From a virus, in the IMG/VR virus record IMGVR_UViG_3300002026_000003: a DNA stretch of 64,000 nucleotides; one strand, written 5' to 3'. Shown piece by piece: positions 8,474 to 18,100 of this stretch (positions are counted from its first letter, which is position 1; the number at the start of each line of letters is the position of its first letter). Both the position numbers and the translations under genes were made by a program. The notes under the pieces were generated by a model that saw only the letters and a list, made by a program, of their open reading frames with translations, was not told the origin of the DNA and searched no databases.

Positions 8474-8485
8474 AATCGATTGCAA
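8470..8485. repeat. motif copy 4
   Basis: ATGAAATCGATTGCAA (1 mismatch). Position 1-3 is the protease start codon (MKSIAK). Confidence 0.8.
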
Positions 8486-9075
8486 AGGATGTAAGGCTGC
8501 ACACTCGCTCAGCCCCTGAATGGGAGCGTATCGTAATGGCCGAGGTATTGGTGCCTGATACGCCAAACGTATTCAACGATTACTGGACTAAAGAGAATAT
8601 CAAACAAGCCGCGTATGCTTTCATGCAGCGCGGCTTTGGCATTGATATAGAGCATGATAACGTTGATGTTACGGGGGCGGTGCACGTAGTGGAGTCCTTC
8701 ATTGCCCGTTCTGGTGATCCTGATTTTATAGAGGGGTCATGGGTTATCGGCATGTATATAGCTGATGACGTTATATGGCAAGATATCCTAGATGGAAAAA
8801 TTAACGGCTACTCTTACGAGGCTTTGGTATCGTTTATGTCTGCTACACTGCAAGTACTGGACGACGGTATACGGCAAGGCATCACCGAAGAAGACCCTAT
8901 AGACGGCCACAGTCACATATTTATGGTGATGGTTGACGTAAACAATAGACCCATAGATGGCGGAACCTCCGAGGAAAATGGACATGCGCACACGATCAGT
9001 ACGCACACTATTACTGACGAGGCGGCTGGTCATGTACATCGATATAACCTAGTTACCGGAAAGGATGGAAAATGA
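8470..9075 (+). CDS. prohead protease, XkdF-like (putative)
   Basis: VMAEVLVPDTPNVFNDYWTKENIKQAAYAFMQRGFGIDIEHDN resembles the XkdF/S78_2 family. Sits between portal and scaffold. The start codon is part of motif copy 4. Confidence 0.6.
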   Translation: MKSIAKDVRLHTRSAPEWERIVMAEVLVPDTPNVFNDYWTKENIKQAAYAFMQRGFGIDIEHDNVDVTGAVHVVESFIARSGDPDFIEGSWVIGMYIADDVIWQDILDGKINGYSYEALVSFMSATLQVLDDGIRQGITEEDPIDGHSHIFMVMVDVNNRPIDGGTSEENGHAHTISTHTITDEAAGHVHRYNLVTGKDGK

Positions 9076-10532
9076 GTAAGAGTACAAAAAGGCTGGATGG
9101 CGTTGACGAAATAGTGACAAAACAAGTTGAAGTGAGTAAACTTGTGCAACCAAAGTTCTTGACGCTTACTGAAAAGCCAGCAAATCAGGTAGCGTTCAAG
9201 GTTGTTCGTGATGACAAGGGTGAGGAACCTAATATGACCAAGACAAGTGCCGTGGCTACGGAAGGTCGTCGCCACCGTATCCGCTCCACGAAACGCTCAT
9301 CTCTTCTGTACATTGAGTTTCCAGAGGGCACTACCGCTGATGAAGCTAAGGCGGCTATGGAGGAGTATGGCCTTGAGGATTATGAGCTTGTGCAGGATGG
9401 CGATAAAGTAAAGTGCAAGCGTAGCGATCTTGCCGAAATCCCAGCTAACGCTATTACCGTGCAGATTGGCGAGGGACGTAAAGCTGGCATACTTCGTTCA
9501 GAGGTACCAGTAGCTGAAATGCAAGACACTATGCCGAATATTTCGGTTGTTGCAATCGAATTCAAAAATGAGGTATTCGCAACAACTGAGGCCGTCATGG
9601 CATATTTGACGCGCCACGATATTGACTTCCTAGAAAAAGGAGTCGAAAATACCGACTCATGTATTCGTGTTACCCGTAGCGAGTACGCGGAAGACGCAGA
9701 GCTTCGCCGTGTAGAGGTAGAAACTGGCGTAGTTGCGGTAGTTACTCGTGCTGAAATATCTGATATAGTAGACGCTATTCCGTTTATTGAAGTAGTATCG
9801 GAGTCAGCATACGGTCAGTGGGGTTGGGGTCAACTAGATTTCGGCGCTCGTATGGCGGATGTAGAGTTCTGTGAGTCGGCGGAAGAGGCAACATCTACTC
9901 TGCGTCGCGTGGTGGAAGATATTTTGTTTTACAGTCAGTTGCCTGTTTCGGTACGGAAAGAACTGGTAATTCGGGCTGCGTCTCAATTCTCGGCGTACGT
10001 CGGCTCTTTGCTCGATGCACTCCCCGCGAAAGTAGTTTTACTCAACCGTTCCAATTTGGAAAAACTCAAGGAGCATAGTATGACCCAGAAGACCGAAGTT
10101 ACCGGGGCGGAAGGTCAAATTGCTGAGCGTAAGGACGATGCTACGGCTACGCCGGAAGTTAAGACCGAAGCTACGCAAGATGACAACACGCCAGTTACCC
10201 GCTCGGAATTGAAGAGCATTATTGGTGAGGCCGTGTCCGCTGCTCTCGCTGCCCAAGCTACCCCCGCTAAGGCTGAGGAAACGAAGCGTAGCGATGAGGA
10301 AGTAAAAGACAGCAAGGAAGGTGACAAGGCTGATGGTGAAAGCAATACCCTGAAGGCTGTCGAGGAAGTAGTTACTCGTTCTGTCGGTGGGCTTGCTGAT
10401 GCAGTTAAGACGATTGGTGATCGTTTGACAGCAATCGAAGGGGCCACCACTGTTCGCTCCGATGGAGTGGATAGCGCAACGTCCCAGCCGAAAGACCCGT
10501 TTGTTGGGATTTTTTCCCACGGTCGTAAGTAA
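9072..10532 (+). CDS. scaffolding-like / head accessory protein (486 aa, acidic)
   Basis: Lies between protease and major capsid. Has an acidic, low-complexity, Ala/Glu/Lys-rich C-terminal third. Confidence 0.45.
   Translation: MSKSTKRLDGVDEIVTKQVEVSKLVQPKFLTLTEKPANQVAFKVVRDDKGEEPNMTKTSAVATEGRRHRIRSTKRSSLLYIEFPEGTTADEAKAAMEEYGLEDYELVQDGDKVKCKRSDLAEIPANAITVQIGEGRKAGILRSEVPVAEMQDTMPNISVVAIEFKNEVFATTEAVMAYLTRHDIDFLEKGVENTDSCIRVTRSEYAEDAELRRVEVETGVVAVVTRAEISDIVDAIPFIEVVSESAYGQWGWGQLDFGARMADVEFCESAEEATSTLRRVVEDILFYSQLPVSVRKELVIRAASQFSAYVGSLLDALPAKVVLLNRSNLEKLKEHSMTQKTEVTGAEGQIAERKDDATATPEVKTEATQDDNTPVTRSELKSIIGEAVSAALAAQATPAKAEETKRSDEEVKDSKEGDKADGESNTLKAVEEVVTRSVGGLADAVKTIGDRLTAIEGATTVRSDGVDSATSQPKDPFVGIFSHGRK
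9550..9565. repeat. motif copy 5
   Basis: TTGCAATCGAATTCAA (1 mismatch). Inside ORF 9072, read as VAIEFK. Confidence 0.7.
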
Positions 10533-10573
10533 CTAGCAGTAACCACTTAAATTCTTCAGGAGAAATAAACACC

Positions 10574-11521
10574 ATGCCTACTACCAATAAAGACCTCATT
10601 CAACGTACCGACCTAGCCCTTGCTGATCTGTCAGCTAACGGCGGTTTGCTACAACCGGAACAGTCCAGTGCTTTTATCGACATGATTCTGGATCAACCCA
10701 CGATTCTGAAGCAAGTTCGTCAAGTCCGTATGGGCGCACCGGAGAAGAAGATCAACAAGATCGGCTTCGCTGCCCGCATCCTGAAGGCTGCTACGCAAGT
10801 TGGCGGCGCTAACGATGATGGTACCAATGATCGTTACCTTGCCAAGGCTGACCGTTCCAAGCCGACAACCATGCAGATTACCTTGAACACCAAGGAAGTC
10901 ATTGCTGAAGTTCGTCTGCCGTACGAAGCTCTGGAAGACAACATCGAAGGCCAATCCCTTGAGTCGCACATCATGCGTCTTATCGCGGAACGTGCTGCTA
11001 TCGACTTGGAAGAACTGGCTCTGGCCGGCGATACTGCTTCTCTTGATCCGTACCTTGCCTTGCAAGACGGCTACATGAAGCGTATGACTTCGCATATCGT
11101 GGCTAACGCTGCCGCTGGTTGCAACCCCGCGCTCTTCACCAATGGCCTGCTGGCTATGCCGCAGAAGTACCTGCGTAACCTAAACCAGCTTAAGCACTTT
11201 GTCACCATCGCCAATACCATCAAGTACCGCCAGAACGTTTCGGCTCGTGCTACCGGCTACGGCGATAGCGCTTTGACCCAAAACATCCCGATCTACGCGG
11301 CTGGTGTTTCGGTTGAGGCGGCTCCGATGTTGGCAATTCTGGATAGCGGTAAGCAAGGCTTCCTGACCTTCCCGCAAAACCTGCTCTTCGGCATCCAGCG
11401 TGATATCCGCGTCGAAACCGACAAAGACATTCGCAGCCGTGAGTACATCATCGTTCTGACCGCTCGTGTGGCGCTACAGATCGAAGATGAAGCTGCAACT
11501 GTGAAGTACACCAACATCTAA
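10574..11521 (+). CDS. major capsid protein (HK97 fold family)
   Basis: 315 aa. GGLLQPEQSSAFIDMILDQPTILKQVRQVRM ... EVRLPYEALEDNIEG ... LALAGD is typical of HK97-type capsid proteins. Strong RBS; followed by an intrinsic terminator. Confidence 0.85.
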   Translation: MPTTNKDLIQRTDLALADLSANGGLLQPEQSSAFIDMILDQPTILKQVRQVRMGAPEKKINKIGFAARILKAATQVGGANDDGTNDRYLAKADRSKPTTMQITLNTKEVIAEVRLPYEALEDNIEGQSLESHIMRLIAERAAIDLEELALAGDTASLDPYLALQDGYMKRMTSHIVANAAAGCNPALFTNGLLAMPQKYLRNLNQLKHFVTIANTIKYRQNVSARATGYGDSALTQNIPIYAAGVSVEAAPMLAILDSGKQGFLTFPQNLLFGIQRDIRVETDKDIRSREYIIVLTARVALQIEDEAATVKYTNI

Positions 11522-11532
11522 AGTTGGTCGGT

Positions 11533-11565
11533 AAGGGGAGGGGCTTAACTGCTCCTCCCTTTTTG
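11533..11565 (+). terminator. intrinsic terminator after major capsid gene
   Basis: GGGAGGGGC-TTAACT-GCTCCTCCC (1 mismatch) followed by TTTTT. Confidence 0.75.
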
Positions 11566-11571
11566 GTTTAA

Positions 11572-11587
11572 TTGCAATCGATTTCAA
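11572..11587. repeat. motif copy 6
   Basis: TTGCAATCGATTTCAA (exact). Lies 6 nt after the capsid terminator and 19 nt before ATG 11606. Confidence 0.9.
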
Positions 11588-11605
11588 ACGGTAAAGGAGC
11601 AGTAA

Positions 11606-11863
11606 ATGAAACTAAAGCTAGTAGGTGCTGAGCGCTATATCTCCCCGATGACAGATCATAACCTTGTCGAGAAAGGCAATGTTGTAGAAGTCACTGACGC
11701 TAACGCGGAAGAGATGCTACAAGAAAACTGGAAGGATGCTTTGAACAACGAGCATCCTTTGTGGGTTGAAGCTACTGATGAAGACATGAAGCCTAAAGCT
11801 GCGGCTCGCGTAGCTCGCACCAAGGGCGGCAAGAAGTCTGAAGATAGCGATACCGAAGAGTAA
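11606..11863 (+). CDS. hypothetical small acidic head-module protein (85 aa)
   Basis: AAGGAG upstream; ORF track. Confidence 0.6.
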   Translation: MKLKLVGAERYISPMTDHNLVEKGNVVEVTDANAEEMLQENWKDALNNEHPLWVEATDEDMKPKAAARVARTKGGKKSEDSDTEE

Positions 11864-11885
11864 TTGACGTACTGAAAGGTCTAGC

Positions 11886-12497
11886 ATGCGCTTAGCCACT
11901 CCCGATAACGTACTACTAGCAATGGGTATTGGTAGCAATGCCGGTTCCCTTGAAGGGGCTAGTCGTGCGTTAGACCTTTCGTTTCCTATCATTGAGAATA
12001 CCCTAGAGACTAAGCTAGTAGCAGGCTCAGTGGTAGACTTCTTCAGTGATGTTGGTAAGGCTACTCAGTTTCGCCTATCCAATACTTTTGTAGATACAGA
12101 CTCTCTAGTTATACGACTGTCCGCCACAGGCGATCCTCTCATGGATGAGACCGAAGGCACGATAGTCCCAGAGACTGACTACTTCATAAATACTAATACT
12201 GGTGTGCTAGTTCTACGCAAGCCTATCGTACTAGGGGATCATGTGCTATCCGCCATGTACGATTACGGGTTGCCAGAAACTAACGGTATCCTTGAGGCCC
12301 CTTACTGGCTGCAAGAGACGGCTGTTAGCATGGCTATACTAGTACTTAACACTCACCCATCGTCTCCCGCTAACCGTAAGGACAAGACGGTAGCTAATGT
12401 AGCGGAGGCTTTACTGTCTCTAGCTAGTAAGCTACTTAATGCCTATCGTAGGCCTAGGTTGACGGTAGAGTTTCCAGTACGGTCTATAGCACTGTGA
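11886..12497 (+). CDS. putative head-tail adaptor / head completion protein
   Basis: Assigned by position between the capsid and tail genes only. Confidence 0.3.
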   Translation: MRLATPDNVLLAMGIGSNAGSLEGASRALDLSFPIIENTLETKLVAGSVVDFFSDVGKATQFRLSNTFVDTDSLVIRLSATGDPLMDETEGTIVPETDYFINTNTGVLVLRKPIVLGDHVLSAMYDYGLPETNGILEAPYWLQETAVSMAILVLNTHPSSPANRKDKTVANVAEALLSLASKLLNAYRRPRLTVEFPVRSIAL

Positions 12498-12967
12498 CCA
12501 CAGTAGTAGGTACGCGGGAGCTTGTAAAAAAGCTACAGCGAGTAAATCAAGCTGCCTTAGGGGTAGTAACCTCATCGCAGTTGCAGGATTTACTAGTAGC
12601 TCGCGTACGTGCCAGATTCGATGCAGGGGTTGCTCCTGACGGAAGTCCTTGGCCCGGACTCATGGAAGAGACTATTAAGCGTAAGCGGCGCTCACACTAT
12701 GGCAAGCCGCAAGCACCATTACAGGCTACCGGAAGACTGCGTAAGTCTATAGGCGTAACACAGTCTAATATTGGTATATTAGCCTCTGCTACAGGTTTAG
12801 GTTTTCGTATAGGCATACGAGACGCTAAGGCAGCTAGTTACGGTAGGTTGCATAACTACGGTCTGGGTGGTCAAGAGAAGCGGCAGTTTATAGGTTTGGG
12901 TGCGCTAGACGTACGGTCTGTGCGCGATTTCCTAAACCGAAATTTGAAATCGATTGCAGAGGCGTAA
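12494..12967 (+). CDS. virion morphogenesis protein (Phage_tail_S / Mu G-like, putative)
   Basis: DGSPWPGL...TIKRKRRS...LQATGRLRKSI resembles the phage virion morphogenesis family. C-terminus carries motif copy 7. Confidence 0.5.
   Translation: MTTVVGTRELVKKLQRVNQAALGVVTSSQLQDLLVARVRARFDAGVAPDGSPWPGLMEETIKRKRRSHYGKPQAPLQATGRLRKSIGVTQSNIGILASATGLGFRIGIRDAKAASYGRLHNYGLGGQEKRQFIGLGALDVRSVRDFLNRNLKSIAEA
12944..12959. repeat. motif copy 7
   Basis: TTGAAATCGATTGCAG (1 mismatch). C-terminus of ORF 12494 (LKSIAE), 10 nt before ATG 12969. Confidence 0.8.
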
Positions 12968-12968
12968 T

Positions 12969-13448
12969 ATGCCGACTATTGTTGAATTACAGGATGAACT
13001 TAGTAGCCTAGTGCGGCAGGTTCCGGCGTTCACTGATAGCGGATTCAGTGTATTCGACCTAGTGGACTTCGCAAGTAAGACAGAGCTACAACCTTTCCCT
13101 TTGGTAGGGGTGGGGTACGATGGGTGCGAACCCGTAGACAATAGTAAGGGTAACGCGGCTAATGCAGTAGCTACCGGATCAGGCTCTACTGTATTAGTCA
13201 ATTTTCAGTTTACAATAGTGATAGCTGTACAGTATCATTACGCAAGTCAGGACGATACCAAACCACAGGCATTGAATTTACTTGACGATGTACGTAAACT
13301 GGTATTAGGTTACAAAGGTGTAAATGCAAGGCCGTGGAGGTACGTAGGTGAAAGACCGGATTTATCAGCATCTGATGATGGTCTAGTGTTTTACACACAG
13401 GTATGGCAGACGGCTGTTCCAGTTGTAGGTTCTCTCAATAACCCTTAA
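12969..13448 (+). CDS. putative tail completion / terminator protein
   Basis: ATG 12969 lies just after the upstream TAA, so the track start at 12954 was rejected. Lies directly upstream of the tail tube gene. Confidence 0.35.
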   Translation: MPTIVELQDELSSLVRQVPAFTDSGFSVFDLVDFASKTELQPFPLVGVGYDGCEPVDNSKGNAANAVATGSGSTVLVNFQFTIVIAVQYHYASQDDTKPQALNLLDDVRKLVLGYKGVNARPWRYVGERPDLSASDDGLVFYTQVWQTAVPVVGSLNNP

Positions 13449-13460
13449 GGAGTTTTAAGA

Positions 13461-14210
13461 ATGGCTAACTATTACTATTCCGGCCAAGGTAGCCTGTACA
13501 TCGCTGAGCGTGATGCTACTACTGGTAAGCCGAAAGGTTTTATCCCGGTCGGTAACGTGCCCGAACTTAGCATCGATATCGAAATCACCAAGTTTGAACA
13601 TAAGGAATCGGAGAGCGGCAACCGCCTGCTTGACCTTTCCATCGTCAAAGAGAAAAAAGGTAAATTCAAGTTCAAGCTTGAGAACCTAACTCTGGATAAC
13701 CTAGCTCTTGGCCTGTACGGCGAGAAGGCTACCGTGGCTTTGGGTAACGTTACTGGCGAAAACGTCATTGCGTACAAGGGTAAGAAGCTAGCCCTAGCGC
13801 ATCCTGATGTTTCCTCCATAGTTGTTAAGGATGATGGCGACATCACCACGTACGTACTCGATACTGACTACACTGTTGATGCCAAGAACGGTACCATTAC
13901 CGTTCTAGCTACTTCAGCTATCGTAGAGTTGGATGTACTGCATGTTGCATACTCACATGCTGCCTACACCAATCTGGAAGCCTTTACGTCCGCCGCTTCG
14001 CCTGAGCGCTTCCTGCGCTTTGAAGGCCTTAACACTGTCGATAACAGTACTGTTATTATCGATATGTACCGCGCCTCTTTCGATCCTCTGACCAACTACG
14101 GTCTGATTAACGAAGAACTTGCGGCTGTGGATATGGCTGGTTCGTTGCTTGCCGATTCGCTAGTTACCTCTGGTAGCCAGTTCTTCCGCCAGCGCAACGT
14201 GGCTGCGTAA
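13461..14210 (+). CDS. major tail tube protein
   Basis: 249 aa. AAGGAG upstream; followed by a strong terminator and then the chaperone/tape-measure genes. N-terminus YSGQGSLYIAERD...VGNVPELSIDIE is tube-protein-like. Confidence 0.65.
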   Translation: MANYYYSGQGSLYIAERDATTGKPKGFIPVGNVPELSIDIEITKFEHKESESGNRLLDLSIVKEKKGKFKFKLENLTLDNLALGLYGEKATVALGNVTGENVIAYKGKKLALAHPDVSSIVVKDDGDITTYVLDTDYTVDAKNGTITVLATSAIVELDVLHVAYSHAAYTNLEAFTSAASPERFLRFEGLNTVDNSTVIIDMYRASFDPLTNYGLINEELAAVDMAGSLLADSLVTSGSQFFRQRNVAA

Positions 14211-14233
14211 GCTAGGCTGTAGAAACCAAACCA

Positions 14234-14262
14234 AGAGGCTCCTTTCGAGGGGCCTCTTTTTA
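14234..14262 (+). terminator. intrinsic terminator after major tail tube gene
   Basis: AGAGGCTCC-TTTCGA-GGGGCCTCT (9-bp stem including one G-T pair) followed by TTTTT. Confidence 0.7.
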
Positions 14263-14277
14263 CTTGTGGAGGCTATA

Positions 14278-14469
14278 ATGAAAGTAACGCTCCTTGTCAA
14301 TACTACGATCAATGGTGTATTCTACGAGTCTGGTACTGATGTAGAGGTAACGCCAGAGCAGCACGTAGAGCTAGTAATGCTAGGCTCATGCCGTAGCGAG
14401 ATACAAAGTACCAAGGTGGAAAGTAAACACTCGTCTTCTGGTAACAAATTTTTCAAACAGAAAAGGTGA
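14278..14469 (+). CDS. hypothetical protein (63 aa)
   Basis: ATG 14278 follows GGAGG; the track's GTG start at 14266 is less likely. Confidence 0.5.
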   Translation: MKVTLLVNTTINGVFYESGTDVEVTPEQHVELVMLGSCRSEIQSTKVESKHSSSGNKFFKQKR

Positions 14470-14473
14470 AATA

Positions 14474-14902
14474 ATGAATACGAATCCAGTGGTAGACGCG
14501 CTCGACACAATGGCAGAGCGTGGCAGTATTGTTACGTTGTCGAACGGTAGTGAAGTATCTGTACGAGTATGTAGTGGCCGCGTACTTCCTAAGATACTAC
14601 GCTTTGTATCTACGGTATCTACTGATCTTGGTCTATCGATTAGCGATGCCGAGGGTGTTAAAGAAAAGCTACTGGATAAGGTAGATAACATTGGTTTTAT
14701 TTTGCAATTGATTTCAAAATACACAGACGATATCTTTTGCATAGTGGCAGACCTTACTAGCTTAGGTAAAGTTGACGCAGTTGAAGATTTACCTTTGGAT
14801 GACCTAGCTAAGGTATGTCTACGGGTTGTAGAGGTGAACAAGAATTTTTTTACTCAGAGAGTCCTTCCGGTAGTGCAAGCAGCAGGCGGGACGGCTCTTT
14901 AA
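14474..14902 (+). CDS. tail assembly chaperone (G-like)
   Basis: Lies immediately upstream of the tape measure and contains the slippery run T_TTT_TTT. Confidence 0.7.
   Translation: MNTNPVVDALDTMAERGSIVTLSNGSEVSVRVCSGRVLPKILRFVSTVSTDLGLSISDAEGVKEKLLDKVDNIGFILQLISKYTDDIFCIVADLTSLGKVDAVEDLPLDDLAKVCLRVVEVNKNFFTQRVLPVVQAAGGTAL
14702..14717. repeat. motif copy 8
   Basis: TTGCAATTGATTTCAA (1 mismatch). Inside chaperone G (LQLISK). Confidence 0.75.
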
Positions 14903-15135
14903 GTGGGGATGAAATAGTTGATTCGATATTGGGTCTAGTAGCTGGAGGATTTAATGAGCAAGAGGCCCTAGACATGCCGCTAGACAAAGTTACGCTGTAC
15001 TTAGATGGAGTGACTAGATATAACGCCTATAGACGACAAGAGGCTTTTGCCGACCTTGTAAACGCTATAGGCGTTGCTCTTTCTGGTAAGGGTTTTGACA
15101 AGTACGTAAACGATTTAGGAGTTAAAGATGGCTGA
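14815..15135 (+). CDS. tail assembly chaperone -1 frameshift extension (GT-like; expressed as fusion 14474..14851,14851..15135)
   Basis: Its frame is -1 relative to 14474-14902. The overlap contains T TTT TTT at 14845-14851, positioned as X_XXY_YYZ in the zero frame. Ends with overlap onto the tape measure start. Confidence 0.65.
   Translation: MSTGCRGEQEFFYSESPSGSASSRRDGSLSGDEIVDSILGLVAGGFNEQEALDMPLDKVTLYLDGVTRYNAYRRQEAFADLVNAIGVALSGKGFDKYVNDLGVKDG
14845..14851 (+). other. programmed -1 ribosomal frameshift slippery heptamer
   Basis: TTTTTTT read as AA(T TTT TTT) in the G frame. The -1 frame continues open for 94 further codons. Confidence 0.65.
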
Positions 15136-18100
15136 TCCCGCGACCAGTCTACAGATTACCGTAGAGGCTAAAGACCAAACTACTCACGTACTGAAAGGTA
15201 TTGAGTCTAGTATCATCAGGTTTGTGGGCGCAGTATCGGCTACGCTAGCCTCCATTAGCGTAGTACTATTCCCCATAAAGCAAGCTGCCGACTTCCAGAA
15301 GGAATTGCTGGACGTAGGTAAGACAACTGAATTCTCTACGGAGAAGTTGGATAAGCTTGCCGAAGGGCTGAAGCAAATGTCTTACCGTCTTAATGTATCG
15401 GCGGTGGACTTAGCAAAAGTAGCAGCAGCCGGTGGTCAGTTAGGTCTAGGTAAAGAAGGCGTAGAGGGGCTTCTGCTATACACAGAGGCTACCTCTCGTT
15501 TCTCTTCTGTACTTAACGTAAGTGTGGAAGAGGCCGGCACCGCGATAGGTAAGCTCAGTAACCTATTCGGTATTTCTATACGCGATGCTGAGCGTATCTC
15601 ATCGACCATCAACGAGATATCAAACAACTCTACCGCTAGTGGCGCGGAGCTATTAGACATTATCCAGCGTATAGGTACAGCCGGTGGAACACTTACTCTA
15701 CAGCAATCTGCCGCGCTAGCTGCATACGGTAAGGATTTGGGCCTAACGTCAGAAACCGTAGGCACAACGCTAAACAAGATTTTCCTAGACCTACAGACTA
15801 AAGCCGCTCAGGTGGCCCCGCTAGTAGGCCTACCAGTAAGAGAGTTTGCTGATCTAGTCAAGACAGATGGGGTAGCTGCATTCAAGCTATACATCAACGC
15901 TCTTGAGAAGATGGACAACATAACCCGTAGTACATTGTCTGAGCAGATTACTGGCGGTGGGCGTATTGCTGCGTTTGTTACAGCTACACTTAACGATGCC
16001 TCTACAGGGTTTACGTTGTTGGATAAAGAGCTAGCCAAGACTAATGACGGCTGGCGTACAGGAACCTCCGCTATAAACGAGCAGGCACGAGTATTGTCTG
16101 GACTATGGGCGCAGGTAGAGATTGTAAAGAACGTCTTTCTTGGTATTGCTGAGACAGTAGGTAAGCAGGCCCTTCCGTACCTTACTAAGTTAGCGGAGCA
16201 GATACAGGCATTCGGTAAAGACCCTACAGTTATAGCGTGGTTTGTTGACCTAGGTAATTCAATAGGCGCGTCCATAGCTGGCTTCCTAGAGTTCGCTAAA
16301 TCGCTATCCTCCATGAGTGCCGTAATGGGGCCTGTACTACAGATACTGAGAGTATGGCTGGGTCTCAAGGTTCTAGAGACGCTAATGGGCTGGGGTAAGT
16401 CGCTATACGCCACAGCACAGGCTACAGCCGCTGCTACTACTGGTTGGCTAAACCTAATAACAGTAAATAAGCAGGCCATTCTTACTATGGCCGAGGCCGC
16501 AGCACAGGCCCGTAAAACCAATGCAGAGATAGCTGCGTCAGGAAAGACACCAGATACTAAGGTAAGCGTACTGGGCCAAGCAGCTACTGGGCTATCCGCT
16601 CTATTTAAGCCCTATTGGGATGCTCAAGCCGAGTCATTGAAGACAGAGAAACTACTGAATGATCGTATAGCACAGCGCGATACTATCCTGAAGGGTATAA
16701 CTACTCGCATGCAGGAGATTCAGAGTACTACTAAGGCTCTGGCCCAGCAGGCGTACGATGATGCTATAGCGGCGGGGTCTAGCAAGAAAGCTGCTAATAC
16801 TATAAAGAGAGATGTATCTGTAGCGCTTAAGAAGGAATACGATAGCCTAGACGTTCGTGGAGCTAATCTATTTAACAGCTACGAGACTTCCATAAACAGA
16901 TTAGGTGCCGCGCACCAGAGAGCAGCCGCTAGTGCAGTTGCTATGTCTGGCACTATAGGCGGTATGCTCGCCAGAATAGCGGCGGGAGCTAGGGCAGCGG
17001 CAGTGGCCGTATTTGCCATAGGCGAGTCTTTCTTAGCAGTAGCTTCCCGTATTCTTGGCGTAGTATTTATAGTACAGTTTCTACTAGACATACTTGGTCT
17101 ACTAGACCCAGTACTGAAAGGCCTCAGGTATATCCTAGGAATTCGCACGGAGGAAGAGGCCGCAGCTACTAGGGCAGCGGCTGCTAGGGATAAGGCTTTG
17201 GTGGATGAGCGTAATAGGGCCAAGGAACTAGCTGCGGAGTACGATAAAGTAGCGGTAACGTGGGGTAAAGCGCTCCCTAACGATAGAAGTACTGGACTAG
17301 CAGCAACGGCAGCTAAGCTAGAGATAATCACAGGCAAGATGGCTGATATGGCTTTCTCTGCCGGCGAGTTTACGGCAGGTATCGCTTACTCTGCGTCAGC
17401 AGTACAGACCCTTACGGCGCAACTAGAGCAGGCTAAACGTAAGTACGCGGAGCTACAGAAGAGTAGAGAGACCACCCAAGCAGTCGGTGTGGTTAAGGAG
17501 ACTGTTCTACCTGCCTTGTTTAGCGACATATCTTCCGATAAAGCTAACCGTGAAATAGAAAAAGCGCGGCAAGAAGTCGATAAGCTGGCTACCTCGCTAG
17601 ACTTGGCTAAGAAAGCACAGCAGTACTACACTACTGAGCTAAGCAAAGTCTCTGGCGTAAATACCACTTTGGCTAAGCAGGAGCAGGAGGTTATCGCTCA
17701 GTTAGCAAACGCGTACGATGCTGAGGGCTACTCTATGGTTAAGGCGCTACAGCTAGTAGTGACTAAGCGCAAAGAGTTGGCTGATGCAGAGAAAGAGGAG
17801 GCAGATGCTAGAAGGGCCTCAGAGGCTACTGGGGCTAGCAATGACCAGATTACCGCCTACACCATAGCTGCGTCTAAGGTACGTACGCTTAAGGCCGAGG
17901 TAGATACTCTTGATGCAGCGTACGCCAATATGAAAGGGGAAGCTTCCCTAGCGGCGCTAGCCTTTACCCGTTCTTTAGGAATTGACGAGACTACTGCATC
18001 TATCGAGAAACTGAATAATGTTATCTCTATTTTTGGTGGCATATCAGGTACTACAATACGTGGTATAGAACAGCGTCTAGCGGACGTTACCAAAGAAGCA

